DNA of 64,000 bases, taken from an uncultured Planctomycetales bacterium. GTDB lineage: Bacteria > Omnitrophota > Gorgyraeia > Zapsychrales > Zapsychraceae. The first letter of the stretch is position 1, and every line of letters begins with the position of its first letter. The notes under the pieces are model-generated. The model saw only the letters and a list, made by a program, of their open reading frames with translations, had not been told where the DNA came from and did no database searches. The stretch lies in contig CAZHWM010000007.1 of NCBI GenBank assembly GCA_964535935.1, positions 37,708 through 101,707 of the forward strand. The letters run 5' to 3'. Below, one piece after another: positions 9,148 through 18,915 of the stretch. A program made the translations under genes and the position numbers.

Positions 9148-10239
9148 CTATTTCCCCATTAACAAAAGATTATTTCTATGAATTAATTCTTGGCGACCTT
9201 TTTTATCTTCTATCTTATTTAGTTCAGCTACAGAATAATTTATTACTCCTCTGGCTATCTCTATACCATCTTTATCAAAAACTGATACTACATCTCCTTT
9301 TTTAAAATATCCATCCCATGAAATAATACCGGGCAAAAGAAGACTTTTACCTTTATTAACCAATGCATCCTTTGCCCCATCATCTATCACAACCTTACCT
9401 TTAACCTTTGCTTGAAATGCTATCCAATGCTTTCTTGCAAGTATCTTATCCTGTTTCTCTACAAAATACGTACCTATATGTTCGCCTGTGATTATCCTTG
9501 TCAACACATCACGGACCATACTACTAGCAACTATACATGGTATCCTTGCATGAGCTGCTATCTTTATAGCATCCAACTTAGCCGCCATTCCGCCCTTTGA
9601 CATCTTACCTTTCATAGGGCCGCCGGCAATACGCTCAATCTCTGCAGTTATCTCTTTTACTTCACTTAAAACATGCCTTTCACCATCCTTTAGTTCATAT
9701 AACCCTTCTACATCTGAAAGAATAATCAACAAATCTGCATGTAGCAGACTTGCAACAAAGGCCGAAAGCCTATCATTATCTCCAAATCGTATCTCATCTA
9801 TAGCTATAGTGTCATTTTCATTAACTATTGGAATAACGCCCTTTTCCAAAATAGACAACAAGGTTTTTTTTGCATTATTATTCCTCTTACGATTATCAAA
9901 ATCGTCCCATGTCAAAAGAACCTGAGCACAATGCAAATTTTTACGTTTAAATAATTCAGAGTATGCTCTCATCAAAACCGTTTGACCAACAGCTGCAAAT
10001 GCCTGTAAAGACGCCACATCATTTTTAATTATATGCCTTTCTCTTAACTCTCCTATCCCCAAAACAATAGCACCCGAACTTACAACAACAATCTCTATAC
10101 CCTGACTATGCGTAAAAGCTATCTGCTTGATTAAAGAGCGTAACCACCGTCTATTCGGAAGAAAATTCTCATCTGCAATAGCTGCAGAACCTATTTTTAC
10201 TACAATACGTTTTAACGGCCTAGGAAATTTCCTCAACAT
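9148..10239 (-). CDS. proB: Glutamate 5-kinase (with C-terminal PUA domain)
   Basis: 363 aa. Amino-acid kinase fold (VVKIGSAAI, VVSSGAI, FGDNDRLSA) plus a PUA-like tail. Its stop is 1 nt from the proA start. Confidence 0.95.
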   Translation of the reverse strand: MLRKFPRPLKRIVVKIGSAAIADENFLPNRRWLRSLIKQIAFTHSQGIEIVVVSSGAIVLGIGELRERHIIKNDVASLQAFAAVGQTVLMRAYSELFKRKNLHCAQVLLTWDDFDNRKRNNNAKKTLLSILEKGVIPIVNENDTIAIDEIRFGDNDRLSAFVASLLHADLLIILSDVEGLYELKDGERHVLSEVKEITAEIERIAGGPMKGKMSKGGMAAKLDAIKIAAHARIPCIVASSMVRDVLTRIITGEHIGTYFVEKQDKILARKHWIAFQAKVKGKVVIDDGAKDALVNKGKSLLLPGIISWDGYFKKGDVVSVFDKDGIEIARGVINYSVAELNKIEDKKGRQELIHRNNLLLMGK

Positions 10240-10314
10240 AGTCTCTCTCGTTTACGAATTTCAGACAGATTCTCATGTTGTATATATAGTCAAATTAAAA
10301 AACAAATACCAGTA

Positions 10315-11274
10315 TTAAGACAAAAAATTTTTTATCTCTTTTAAAAGTGGTTTTAACCCCCTCTTCTCCATAGCTGATATGGCAAAGACCTTTTCATTAT
10401 ACTTTCTTTTAAACCTTGCAAGATTTATTCGGGCCTGAGGAATATCCATTTTATTCGCAACAATAATCTTGTTTTTAAAACTAACCTCTTCGCTATATTC
10501 TTCTAGTTCACGGACTATCTGCTCATAATCAGTTAATGGATCTCTTCCATCTGTTGCTGCCATGTCTATAACATGTAAAAGAAGTCTCGTCCGCTCTGCA
10601 TGTCGTAAAAATCTTAGCCCCAATCCCCTGCCTTTATGGGCATCTTTTATTAGCCCAGGTAAATCTGTCATAATAAAACTAAAATCTCCATCGGATACCA
10701 CCCCAAGAACAGGGTACTTTGTAGTAAATGGATAGTTGCCTATTTTAGAGGTCACACGTGACATAGCAGAAATAAGAGTTGACTTGCCAGCATTCGGACA
10801 ACCAATAATTCCTACATCAGCAATCAGTTTTAACTCTAAACTAATCGTCCTTTTCTCTCCCTTACCCGGAGCAACTACTGTCTTGTTATTTGCATTACCT
10901 ATACCTCCTTTGCCACCTCTTGCAACAGTTACTGATTGCTTATCTGTATTAAGGTCCTTTATTAAAAGTCCTGTATCATAATCGCGTAAAATAGTTCCTA
11001 CAGGGACCCGAATAACACAATCCTTACCATCTCTACCTTTTTTACCTTTACTGCTGGCATTCCCTCCTTTCTGTGCCTTATAATGCTGCTTAAATCTAAA
11101 ATCCAACAAAGTCTGTATAGATCTATCAGCGATGAAAACAACATCTCCACCTTTACCGCCATCTCCTCCATCTGGACGGGGATAACGCATATATTTCTCT
11201 CGATAATAGCTCTCACATCCCTTACCGCCGCTACCTGCTTCTACATAAATCTTGGCCTCATCTACAAATATCAT
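10315..11274 (-). CDS. obg: GTPase Obg (short form, no C-terminal extension)
   Basis: 319 aa. Glycine-rich Obg fold (FVDEAKIYVEAGSGGKGC, DGGDGGKGGDV) then GTPase motifs G1 GCPNAGKST and G3 DLPGLI. Confidence 0.95.
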   Translation of the reverse strand: MIFVDEAKIYVEAGSGGKGCESYYREKYMRYPRPDGGDGGKGGDVVFIADRSIQTLLDFRFKQHYKAQKGGNASSKGKKGRDGKDCVIRVPVGTILRDYDTGLLIKDLNTDKQSVTVARGGKGGIGNANNKTVVAPGKGEKRTISLELKLIADVGIIGCPNAGKSTLISAMSRVTSKIGNYPFTTKYPVLGVVSDGDFSFIMTDLPGLIKDAHKGRGLGLRFLRHAERTRLLLHVIDMAATDGRDPLTDYEQIVRELEEYSEEVSFKNKIIVANKMDIPQARINLARFKRKYNEKVFAISAMEKRGLKPLLKEIKNFLS

Positions 11275-11284
11275 ATAACAGGCA

Positions 11285-11596
11285 CTACCCCTGTATCTTA
11301 ATAATATTAAGAGCGGTAAGCTTTTGCCTATGCCCTTTCTTTGTTGCAGAATCCTTCCTTCTACGATATTTAAATGCGACTACCTTTTTATCAAGAAAAT
11401 GACTAGTTATTTTTGCCATAACCTTTACACCCTCAACATATGGCCTACCTACACGAATATCCTCACCATCCGCAAATAATAACACCTTATCCAGAACAAT
11501 ATCATCACCTTCTTTACCTTGAATCCTGTTAGCGCTAATCACATCTCCTTCACTGACCTTAAACTGAAAAGAACCAACCTCTACAACTGCAAACAT
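11285..11596 (-). CDS. rplU: 50S ribosomal protein L21
   Basis: 103 aa. MFAVVEVGSFQFKVSEGD...KVVAFKYRRRKDSATKKGHRQ is typical L21. Confidence 0.95.
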   Translation of the reverse strand: MFAVVEVGSFQFKVSEGDVISANRIQGKEGDDIVLDKVLLFADGEDIRVGRPYVEGVKVMAKITSHFLDKKVVAFKYRRRKDSATKKGHRQKLTALNIIKIQG

Positions 11597-11748
11597 CTTT
11601 TACCTCCTTAAAAAATATATATTAACCCTATTTCACAATTTTACCCATTATAAATTTTACTCCATCATATTTATTCACCTTTTTATAATAAAATATCATT
11701 AATTAAAGACTTAAATAATAACATATCTTTATAAAAAAACCAATATTT

Positions 11749-13083
11749 TTAATTTACTGCTCGAACTCTACCCCTTCCTTTACAATAAGGGCATTCATTA
11801 AAATAAATAGACTCTATAGCTTTACCTGTCCTCGCCCTTGTCATCTCAACCAATCCTAAAGGAGATATTCTATAGACCTCTGTCTTGGCCCTATCTTTAG
11901 ATAAAGCACGCTGTAATGCCTCAAATACCCTTCTATTATGTTCTGCCTTTGCCATATCTATAAAATCAATTACAATAATACCTCCCAAATCCCTCAAACG
12001 AAGTTGTCTGGCTATCTCAGGAATTACTTCCATATTTACCATAAAGGCAGCATCCTCCGGACTTGCCTTGGGTTTAAATTTCCCACTATTTACATCAACT
12101 ACAGTCAATCCTTCTGTTCTCTCAATCACAATATATGCCCCTGATTTACAGTATACATGTGTATCATAAATTTTTTTCAATTCATCAGAGACATTCTTAG
12201 CATCAAATAAAGGCAATCTACCTTTATAATAGTGAATTTTACTGACCATCTGTTTGCCAATAAGATTTTCAACATATTTTTGTATACGTACATACTCTTC
12301 CTCTGAGTCAATAATTAACTTATCTACCTTCTCGGTAAGATAATCTCTAACTATTTTCCACGTCAAATCCCCATCAGCACCTATTAATGCGGGTGCGTTT
12401 GCCTTCTCGGAATTCTTACATATCTGTTGCCATCGTTTATACAAAAACTTAGCCTCTCTGGTAAGTTCACGTTTACCTTTCTTCTGAGCTACAGTTCTAA
12501 TAATAAATCCTCCTGCAGTTGCGAATGAAAAACTCTTTGCTATCTCCCGAAGCCGTTGCCGTTCTTCCACGTCTTCTATCTTTTTAGAAACCCCAGTATG
12601 TTTATCTAAAGGCATATATACAATAAACCTACCAGGTAAAGTTATATGTGTAGTAAGCCTTGCTCCTTTATCCCCAAAAGGGTCTTTAACAACCTGAACA
12701 AGTATCTCTTGTCCTACTGTTAACGGAATATTCTGGCCATCTGGATTTTCCTTATTTTTGGACCTTATTCCTTTATTAACCTTAACCGATCCTCTCCTTC
12801 CCAAAATCTTGTTAAGAAGCCTCCTGGGTGTGGATATGTCTTCTTCAACAAAAGGACTAACGGCATCTGTAAGATACAAAAATCCGTTTTTTTCTTCACC
12901 TATATTAACAAAAGCCGCATTTATAGAAGGCAAAATAGACTCTACTCTCCCTTTATAAATATTCCCTAATAAAGACTGGCAACTATCCACTTCTATATGG
13001 AAATCCTCTATCCTCCCATTTTCTATGATAGCTACCCGTCGTTCATTTTTCCCTAGCTGAATTAATATTTCTCTTGGCACCAC
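11749..13083 (-). CDS. rng: Ribonuclease G/E family endoribonuclease
   Basis: 444 aa. S1 domain (GNIYKGRVESILPSINAAFVNIG), DNase-I-like core (VVDVNSGKF, IIVIDFIDM) and a C-terminal CPYCKGRG zinc link. GTG start preceded by GGGGAAAA. Confidence 0.9.
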   Translation of the reverse strand: MVPREILIQLGKNERRVAIIENGRIEDFHIEVDSCQSLLGNIYKGRVESILPSINAAFVNIGEEKNGFLYLTDAVSPFVEEDISTPRRLLNKILGRRGSVKVNKGIRSKNKENPDGQNIPLTVGQEILVQVVKDPFGDKGARLTTHITLPGRFIVYMPLDKHTGVSKKIEDVEERQRLREIAKSFSFATAGGFIIRTVAQKKGKRELTREAKFLYKRWQQICKNSEKANAPALIGADGDLTWKIVRDYLTEKVDKLIIDSEEEYVRIQKYVENLIGKQMVSKIHYYKGRLPLFDAKNVSDELKKIYDTHVYCKSGAYIVIERTEGLTVVDVNSGKFKPKASPEDAAFMVNMEVIPEIARQLRLRDLGGIIVIDFIDMAKAEHNRRVFEALQRALSKDRAKTEVYRISPLGLVEMTRARTGKAIESIYFNECPYCKGRGRVRAVN

Positions 13084-13394
13084 TTTTCCCCTTTTACATA
13101 TTAAATAGAAATTATCTTATAATATATAACATACATACCTTCTAAATTAACTTAAAATAAATTTAAACTGTTCTGAAATTAAAAATAAAATATCATCTAA
13201 CTTTCCTAATCTAATATTATTATAATAATAGATTTCAATATATATTCCTAGCCCGCAGACAATATTATTTCTTATTAACTAAGTTAATAAATCCCCAAAT
13301 TTTTCTCTTAGACCTTTTATCCTGTAGAGATCACAAACTATCCATTATTACCACAGCTACATAAACAAATACATATTAATTATAAACAACAGTC

Positions 13395-14774
13395 CTACTT
13401 TGTATCCGTTGGCAACTTGGGGGTAACTATATGGGGGGTAATAAACACTATTAAATCTTTTTTAGCTACAGAATTTTCTGTTTTTTGAAAAATAAGTCCT
13501 AAAACAGGGATACTTCCTAATAATGGAAATTTTTTCTTTACTTTTATCTTTTTACTCGTAATAAGCCCCCCGATAACAAGAGTATCCCCATCTTTAATCA
13601 TAACACGCGTCTCAGCCCTCTCCGTATTAACTAATGGAATCATTATATTTTCAAATGCTACCGAACCTGCCGTCTCGGATACCTCAGGAATCAAATCAAG
13701 AGTAACATAACCTGCATTATTAACATGAGGGGTAACCTGAAAGGTTATCCCTACAGGTCTATAACTTACTCCCACCCTCTTCAATTCTCCGGTCTCTTTA
13801 TTAGGCTCAAACTCCGGGATAGGGTAATCCACGGCCACTTTAATATTAGCCTGCTGGTTGTCCAAGGTCACTATTTTGGGGTTTGATAAAATATTTGTAT
13901 CCGTCCTGGATTTCAACATTTCAAGTACTGCCTGCAGTTGAGTAAAATTTAAGGTACCATATGTAAATTCGGTATTTGAACTACCTTCAGTAGTATCTGG
14001 CCCAACAAAAGGATCTGGTATATATTTATTGTCGGAGGATTTAGTAAACGGCCATACTGTAGGCCTCTGTGCCCCGGATAAGGTAACCCTAGCTGTCCAA
14101 TCTATTCCTAAATTCTCTGAATCATTTAAATCCGTTTGCATTATTTTTGCCTCAATCAATACCTGTGGAGTTACAGTATCCAATTTCTTAATAACAGACG
14201 CTATAAGTTGAAGTTTACGTTTTGTATCTGTAACAATCAGAGTATTTGTCCTTTCATCATAATTAACATTCCCTCGTTCAGATTTAATCTTATCTATAGA
14301 AGAGATAATATCTGAAGCCTTTGCAAAATTGAGTGTAAATGTCTGGGTCTCAAGGGGTTCCTGCTCCGCTAATATAGCAGCATCTTCTCTGCTTTTTTTC
14401 ATCTCCTTTACTGTCATAACTAAAATAATATTCCCTTTTTTTTCATAAGCATATCCATGTGTTTTAAGAATAACATCCAAGGCCTGATCCCATGGAACAT
14501 TCTCTAATTTTATGGTAATAAGTCCGGTAACCTCGGGGCTAGCCACTATATTCACTCCACTCTTTAACGATAATATTTTAAATACATTACGAATATCTGC
14601 ATCCCGTAAATCAAGACTAACATATCCTTCCTTTTTAGCCAAATCTTGTTGCGACTCTTCAGTCGAAGTATTTTTCTTATCCTTCCGTAAAACAGCTGTC
14701 TGTTGGGTATATCCTAAGGAAACGGAAACCATAAAATCAAAAACCATACTCAAAACAAAGAGCTTTTTTAACAT
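13395..14774 (-). CDS. pilQ: Type IV pilus secretin PilQ (compact form)
   Basis: 459 aa. Signal peptide, N0/N1-like domains, and a C-terminal secretin domain (VMIKDGDTLVIGGLI...FPLLGSIPVLGLIFQ...LIVFITPHIV). Confidence 0.9.
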   Translation of the reverse strand: MLKKLFVLSMVFDFMVSVSLGYTQQTAVLRKDKKNTSTEESQQDLAKKEGYVSLDLRDADIRNVFKILSLKSGVNIVASPEVTGLITIKLENVPWDQALDVILKTHGYAYEKKGNIILVMTVKEMKKSREDAAILAEQEPLETQTFTLNFAKASDIISSIDKIKSERGNVNYDERTNTLIVTDTKRKLQLIASVIKKLDTVTPQVLIEAKIMQTDLNDSENLGIDWTARVTLSGAQRPTVWPFTKSSDNKYIPDPFVGPDTTEGSSNTEFTYGTLNFTQLQAVLEMLKSRTDTNILSNPKIVTLDNQQANIKVAVDYPIPEFEPNKETGELKRVGVSYRPVGITFQVTPHVNNAGYVTLDLIPEVSETAGSVAFENIMIPLVNTERAETRVMIKDGDTLVIGGLITSKKIKVKKKFPLLGSIPVLGLIFQKTENSVAKKDLIVFITPHIVTPKLPTDTK

Positions 14775-14775
14775 C

Positions 14776-15234
14776 TTATTCTCCCTTTTTTAACTTTAAA
14801 TCAAATTTTTGTTTTCCCTTTCCCAGTAATACAGATTTAGCAGAGATATGCAAAACAACAAATGGCCCTATCTTATCACCCTTTTTCAAAACCTTACCAT
14901 TAATAATCGCAAGATTGGCGTTATCATCTACCCCCAACACAATCCCCTCAAGCACCAAATCAGTTAGTAACAAATTATCTTCATAAGTTATAATAATGCC
15001 ATTACTGTCTACCAATGGTAAAAAAGGATCTCGTTTGCCATGATCATCATAAACAAAATGTCGTTGCCCTCTCCCTTCAGAAATCTTATTTAAAACATTT
15101 TCTTCTCCGAAAGAGTTCCCTACCATTAAAACAAACACCCACATACATAAAAACAAATACAGGGACCATTCGCTATATAAGAATTGTCCTTTCCTCCCCA
15201 ATTGAGCTATATGGCATCTAAAATCCAATATCAT
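14776..15234 (-). CDS. pilP: PilP-like pilus assembly protein
   Basis: 152 aa. N-terminal hydrophobic anchor, RDPFLPL motif, then a beta-domain (LEGIVLG...AIINGKVLKKGDKIGPFVV). Located between pilO and pilQ. The start codon is uncertain because I see no clear RBS. Confidence 0.55.
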   Translation of the reverse strand: MILDFRCHIAQLGRKGQFLYSEWSLYLFLCMWVFVLMVGNSFGEENVLNKISEGRGQRHFVYDDHGKRDPFLPLVDSNGIIITYEDNLLLTDLVLEGIVLGVDDNANLAIINGKVLKKGDKIGPFVVLHISAKSVLLGKGKQKFDLKLKKGE

Positions 15235-15269
15235 AATAATTATTAATAATTTAAATATATTTTTTTATT

Positions 15270-15875
15270 TTATACTTTTTCATAAACAACTGCAAATAAT
15301 GTTAAAATAATATTATGTCGATTAGATTTATCATTTCCTGCTGTTATAGAAAATGAATCTACCTTCAACAATATATCTCCATCTTCTATTTTTGCAAGGA
15401 ACCTCCCAAAGTCATGATAACCAGCACTCGCTTGAATTAAAACTGGCACGGAAAAATATCTCTTACCCCCTGACTCCAACAAAACCTCTGCTGAATTACT
15501 ATCTCCTGTAATCCTTTCTATCCTGACATTATTCTCTTCTGCTATTATAGAGATATATTCTGTAACTAAATTAAGATCTTCTTTTGCCTTAATACCTGAT
15601 AACTCCAGCTTAAGCTTTTTTTGGAGAGACTCTAATTTTTTCTTATACGATGCAAAATTATTAATATCAATCTTTGCTCGCCTAATTTCATGTGACCTGC
15701 TCTTAATCTTTGAAGAAAGCGCTATCAATCCATTCACATGTGGTTGCATAAAAAGCAAATAATATACTGATAGCAGACAGAAAAGAACTCCTACAAACAG
15801 TATATAGCGGCTCCTAGCATCCAAATTCTCTAATAGTTCGACAATTTTGTCTGCTACATTACTTTTTTCTGCCAT
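15270..15875 (-). CDS. pilO: PilO-like pilus assembly protein
   Basis: 201 aa. Single TM, coiled coil, and a ferredoxin-like C-domain (AGYHDFGRFLAKIE). Position in the pilMNOPQ order supports the call. Confidence 0.7.
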   Translation of the reverse strand: MAEKSNVADKIVELLENLDARSRYILFVGVLFCLLSVYYLLFMQPHVNGLIALSSKIKSRSHEIRRAKIDINNFASYKKKLESLQKKLKLELSGIKAKEDLNLVTEYISIIAEENNVRIERITGDSNSAEVLLESGGKRYFSVPVLIQASAGYHDFGRFLAKIEDGDILLKVDSFSITAGNDKSNRHNIILTLFAVVYEKV

Positions 15876-16575
15876 GTTTTTTCTTCCTTCGGGAACGGCT
15901 TTTCTTTTTTTTCTTATTATTCTTTTTATCTTTTTGTCCCTTTATTTCTTGTTTATCTATCGGCCTAAATTCTTGTTTCAAACTAGCAACAATAGAAAAA
16001 TCGACCAATTCAGTACCATTAATTTGCCTGCGCGTAATAGAATCTATATCCATCTCTTGAAAATGTTTTAAAAAAGCATCCTGTTGTCTGAGATTGTGTG
16101 TAAATTCATGGATAGCAACAATCTGATTCTGTTGCCTTGAAATAGCGCTCCCTTCAATAGTAAATGTCTTTCCGTCTTCAAAAGCAATATGCCTTAACCA
16201 TACACCACGTGGAAGGCTATCACTAATTATATTTAATTTTTTCGCCCACAATATCCTGTCAGCATCTATTAATTTATCTACATCCTGCTTAATAGACTGT
16301 AATTTCCGTATTTCGGATATAATTTTATCCACCTTCTTTTTGGAAGGCTGAATAGATTCCCACTCCTTTTTAGTTTGCATATACCTTTTTTTAAGAGAAA
16401 TATGCTTAAATATTATAAAAATATGTATAGCTATTAAAAAAAGAAGAAGCCCTCCACCACCACCTATAATCACCTCTGGCGGGACATGAAAGCCCTTCGG
16501 CAAAATCCTTCGTTTTGGTTTTCTCCTTAAATCAGGAGGCGCTAAATTAATATCAATCATAATCGTAAAGGGCAA
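15859..16575 (-). CDS. pilN: PilN-like pilus assembly protein with polybasic C-terminal tail
   Basis: 238 aa. N-terminal IDINLAPP (PilM-binding INLLP-like motif), one TM, and a periplasmic domain. It ends KDKKNNKKKKKSRSRRKKKHGRKK and overlaps the pilO start by 17 nt. Confidence 0.75.
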   Translation of the reverse strand: MPFTIMIDINLAPPDLRRKPKRRILPKGFHVPPEVIIGGGGGLLLFLIAIHIFIIFKHISLKKRYMQTKKEWESIQPSKKKVDKIISEIRKLQSIKQDVDKLIDADRILWAKKLNIISDSLPRGVWLRHIAFEDGKTFTIEGSAISRQQNQIVAIHEFTHNLRQQDAFLKHFQEMDIDSITRRQINGTELVDFSIVASLKQEFRPIDKQEIKGQKDKKNNKKKKKSRSRRKKKHGRKK

Positions 16576-17620
16576 GTCCTAATGCTACTCCTATTTTAGG
16601 AGCCAATAGATTAATATCTTCTGACAATATATTCTCTGATATATCTATCTTATCCAATGGATTCCATATTTGAACTTTAACCTCAAGATGTCTCTCAAAG
16701 GCAGAACAAATACCATCTAACATACATCCCCCACCTGTCAAAAATAATTTCGTAACGGTCTTATTTTTTTCCCTCGAGAAGTAATTAAAAGATAAAGTTA
16801 ACTCCTGAACAAAATTTAATATAGCTGCTTCGGAAGCATTTACTATTTGTTCTCGTTTTTCACCCGGCGACTTCTTTAATCTCTCTGCCTCATGAAAACT
16901 TATTCCCAAAGCATTACTAATCCTTTTAGTTAATTCATCCCCGCCAATAAATATGTCTCTTATAAACCAAGGCATCCTGTCCACTAAAACAATCAAACTA
17001 CTCATAGAAGCCCCCATATCAAGTATAGCAAATGCTGCATCCTTGCGTTTGCTTTCTTCATCATCAGTATCCACACCTAATATATTAACCACATTAGCAA
17101 TAGCTACAGAATTAATTCCGATAAAATCAGGAGACAATCCCAAACTCTGAAGCATTTCAACTCGTCTATCTACTATCTCCTTTTTAGCTGCTGCGGCCAT
17201 AACATACATCTGTTTTCTATTATCCCCAGGGCTAATTATACAACAATCAATATAAACCTCATCCAAAGAAAAAGGGAAATATTTATCTGCTTCTATAGAG
17301 AACGATTTTTTTAATTCATCTAACGACATATTAGGCATATCAAGATAACGTATTAACGTCCCCTTGCCAAACACAGAAGTATAAATTCTTTTACATGGCT
17401 GCGTTAATTTGCTCATGATAGTCTTAACCGCTGAGGAAATATCCTTATCATGAATAGGTTCCATGGCCCAATTAATTAGTTTGAAATCTTCTCCTGAAAA
17501 TGCAAGCTCTACCATTTTGCAATCACCTGCACCAATATCAATACCAACAGACACTGTCCCCTGTTCTCCCATAACTAGCTTTTTTATCGTAGTAAAATAA
17601 TTAACCATTAAATTAGCCAT
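16553..17620 (-). CDS. pilM: PilM, actin-like ATPase of the type IV pilus alignment complex
   Basis: 355 aa. Actin/HSP70-fold phosphate loops (VGIDIGAGDCKMV, ILDMGASMSSL, LTGGGCMLDG). Confidence 0.9.
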   Translation of the reverse strand: MANLMVNYFTTIKKLVMGEQGTVSVGIDIGAGDCKMVELAFSGEDFKLINWAMEPIHDKDISSAVKTIMSKLTQPCKRIYTSVFGKGTLIRYLDMPNMSLDELKKSFSIEADKYFPFSLDEVYIDCCIISPGDNRKQMYVMAAAAKKEIVDRRVEMLQSLGLSPDFIGINSVAIANVVNILGVDTDDEESKRKDAAFAILDMGASMSSLIVLVDRMPWFIRDIFIGGDELTKRISNALGISFHEAERLKKSPGEKREQIVNASEAAILNFVQELTLSFNYFSREKNKTVTKLFLTGGGCMLDGICSAFERHLEVKVQIWNPLDKIDISENILSEDINLLAPKIGVALGLALYDYD

Positions 17621-17665
17621 AATATTATACCTATCGACCCAATTTCCTTAAATATACCTCTTTAA

Positions 17666-18070
17666 TTACCAACTTGTTATCCCACCAGTAGAAATAGAAA
17701 ATACTGCTGAACCTGATATACCAGGTCTTACTGGGGTGGCTGTGATAGTATAAAAATTACCATTCCCCCAATCACATGTATATAAAAACCCCATAATCTC
17801 CTTATCACAATAACTGTCCATTAAATAGGGGGGATCCGATTCAGTAAGAGCATCCTCACTTCTAGGATAACTGTTATGTGCTGTAAAATACGTCTCTGCC
17901 GCCACAGATATTGTCCTTAAAGTATTTTTGGCAAGGGCATCATTAGACTCCTTATATGCCCTTAATAGACCTGGAATTGCCACACTAGCCAATAAGGCAA
18001 TAATAGAAATAACTATCATAATCTCTACAAGAGTAAATGCTTTTTCCTCTCGTATTATACACATACTCAC
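17666..18070 (-). CDS. Type IV pilin paralogue (Ala at the -1 position of the prepilin site)
   Basis: 134 aa. Leader ...REEKA then FTLVEIMIVISIIALLA (F+1, E+5). The C-terminal Cys pair is YCDKEIMGFLYTC. Clearly paralogous to the upstream pilin (ATPV..G.SGS..F.I.TGG). Confidence 0.8.
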   Translation of the reverse strand: MSMCIIREEKAFTLVEIMIVISIIALLASVAIPGLLRAYKESNDALAKNTLRTISVAAETYFTAHNSYPRSEDALTESDPPYLMDSYCDKEIMGFLYTCDWGNGNFYTITATPVRPGISGSAVFSISTGGITSW

Positions 18071-18201
18071 ACTCCATATATTCTAAAAATTTACATATAA
18101 TATTTTTATCTATGCAAATTTTACCATACCTTTAATAATATAACATTAACTTATTAAAAAACTTAACATGACAAAAAATCATTATAATCTGATCCTTTTA
18201 A

Positions 18202-18231
18202 TAAAAAAGGGGCTGTATATAAACAGCCCCT
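18202..18231 (-). terminator. Rho-independent terminator after the first pilin gene
   Basis: Minus strand reads AGGGGCUGU-UUAUAU-ACAGCCCCU followed by UUUUUU, about 30 nt after the pilin stop. Confidence 0.7.
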
Positions 18232-18261
18232 ACCTTTAACAATACTTTAATAATTAACTTA

Positions 18262-18657
18262 TTAATTTAACCATACACCACCTGTTGTAATCTGAAATGT
18301 CTGAGAACCTGTAACCCCTTTATTAACTGGTGTAGCAGTTATAGTATAGCCGCCAGCATCCCATTGACATGTAATCTGAAATCCTGCCTTTGTAGTTCCA
18401 CAATATGATTCTGTTAAATAAGCTGGAGTTGCATCAGTAAGATCAGACTCTGCTGTAGGATATTGACCATTATTTGCTGTAGAATATGATTCTGCTGCTG
18501 TTGATATAGTACGTAAGGTACTCTTAGCAATAGAATCGTTGGATGCTACCTTTGCCCTTAACAACCCGGGAATTGCTATCATTGCTAAGACAGCAATAAT
18601 AGCTACAACAATCATAATCTCTACTAAGGTAAAACCTGATTTCTCTTTTAATCTCAT
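18262..18657 (-). CDS. pilA: Type IV pilin (probable major pilin)
   Basis: The internal ATG at 18655-18657, with RBS AAGGAAAGGAGAAAGAGG, gives MRLKEKSG then FTLVEIMIVVAIIAVLA (G-1, F+1, E+5). The Cys pair is YCGTTKAGFQITC. The ORF-track start at 18696 adds an unlikely 13-aa extension. Confidence 0.85.
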   Translation of the reverse strand: MRLKEKSGFTLVEIMIVVAIIAVLAMIAIPGLLRAKVASNDSIAKSTLRTISTAAESYSTANNGQYPTAESDLTDATPAYLTESYCGTTKAGFQITCQWDAGGYTITATPVNKGVTGSQTFQITTGGVWLN

Positions 18658-18915
18658 CCTCTTTCTCCTTTCCTTTACCAAAGAATAATTAATCATCCTT
18701 TAGTATCGGAACCGCTCAATAAAGATGTCTTTCTAGCATTTTTCATTATTATCTAATTAAAAATTATTATTACAGAACCCTATAATTATCTCTAAATTAT
18801 GCGGTTCCTATTTTTTATTTATTTTTAATTACTCTTCTATCTTGAACTATGATCCAGCAAATATTTTTTATTTCACCTCCTTCCCTGCTAAATTTAATCA
18901 TAGTCACAAGTAAAC

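Noticed and set aside
13084-13394. 310-bp very AT-rich spacer between pilQ and rng, checked for CRISPR-like or tandem repeats and small genes.
   Set aside because: It has no periodic repeats, hairpins or ORFs with an RBS. It is most simply a promoter or curved-DNA region for rng.
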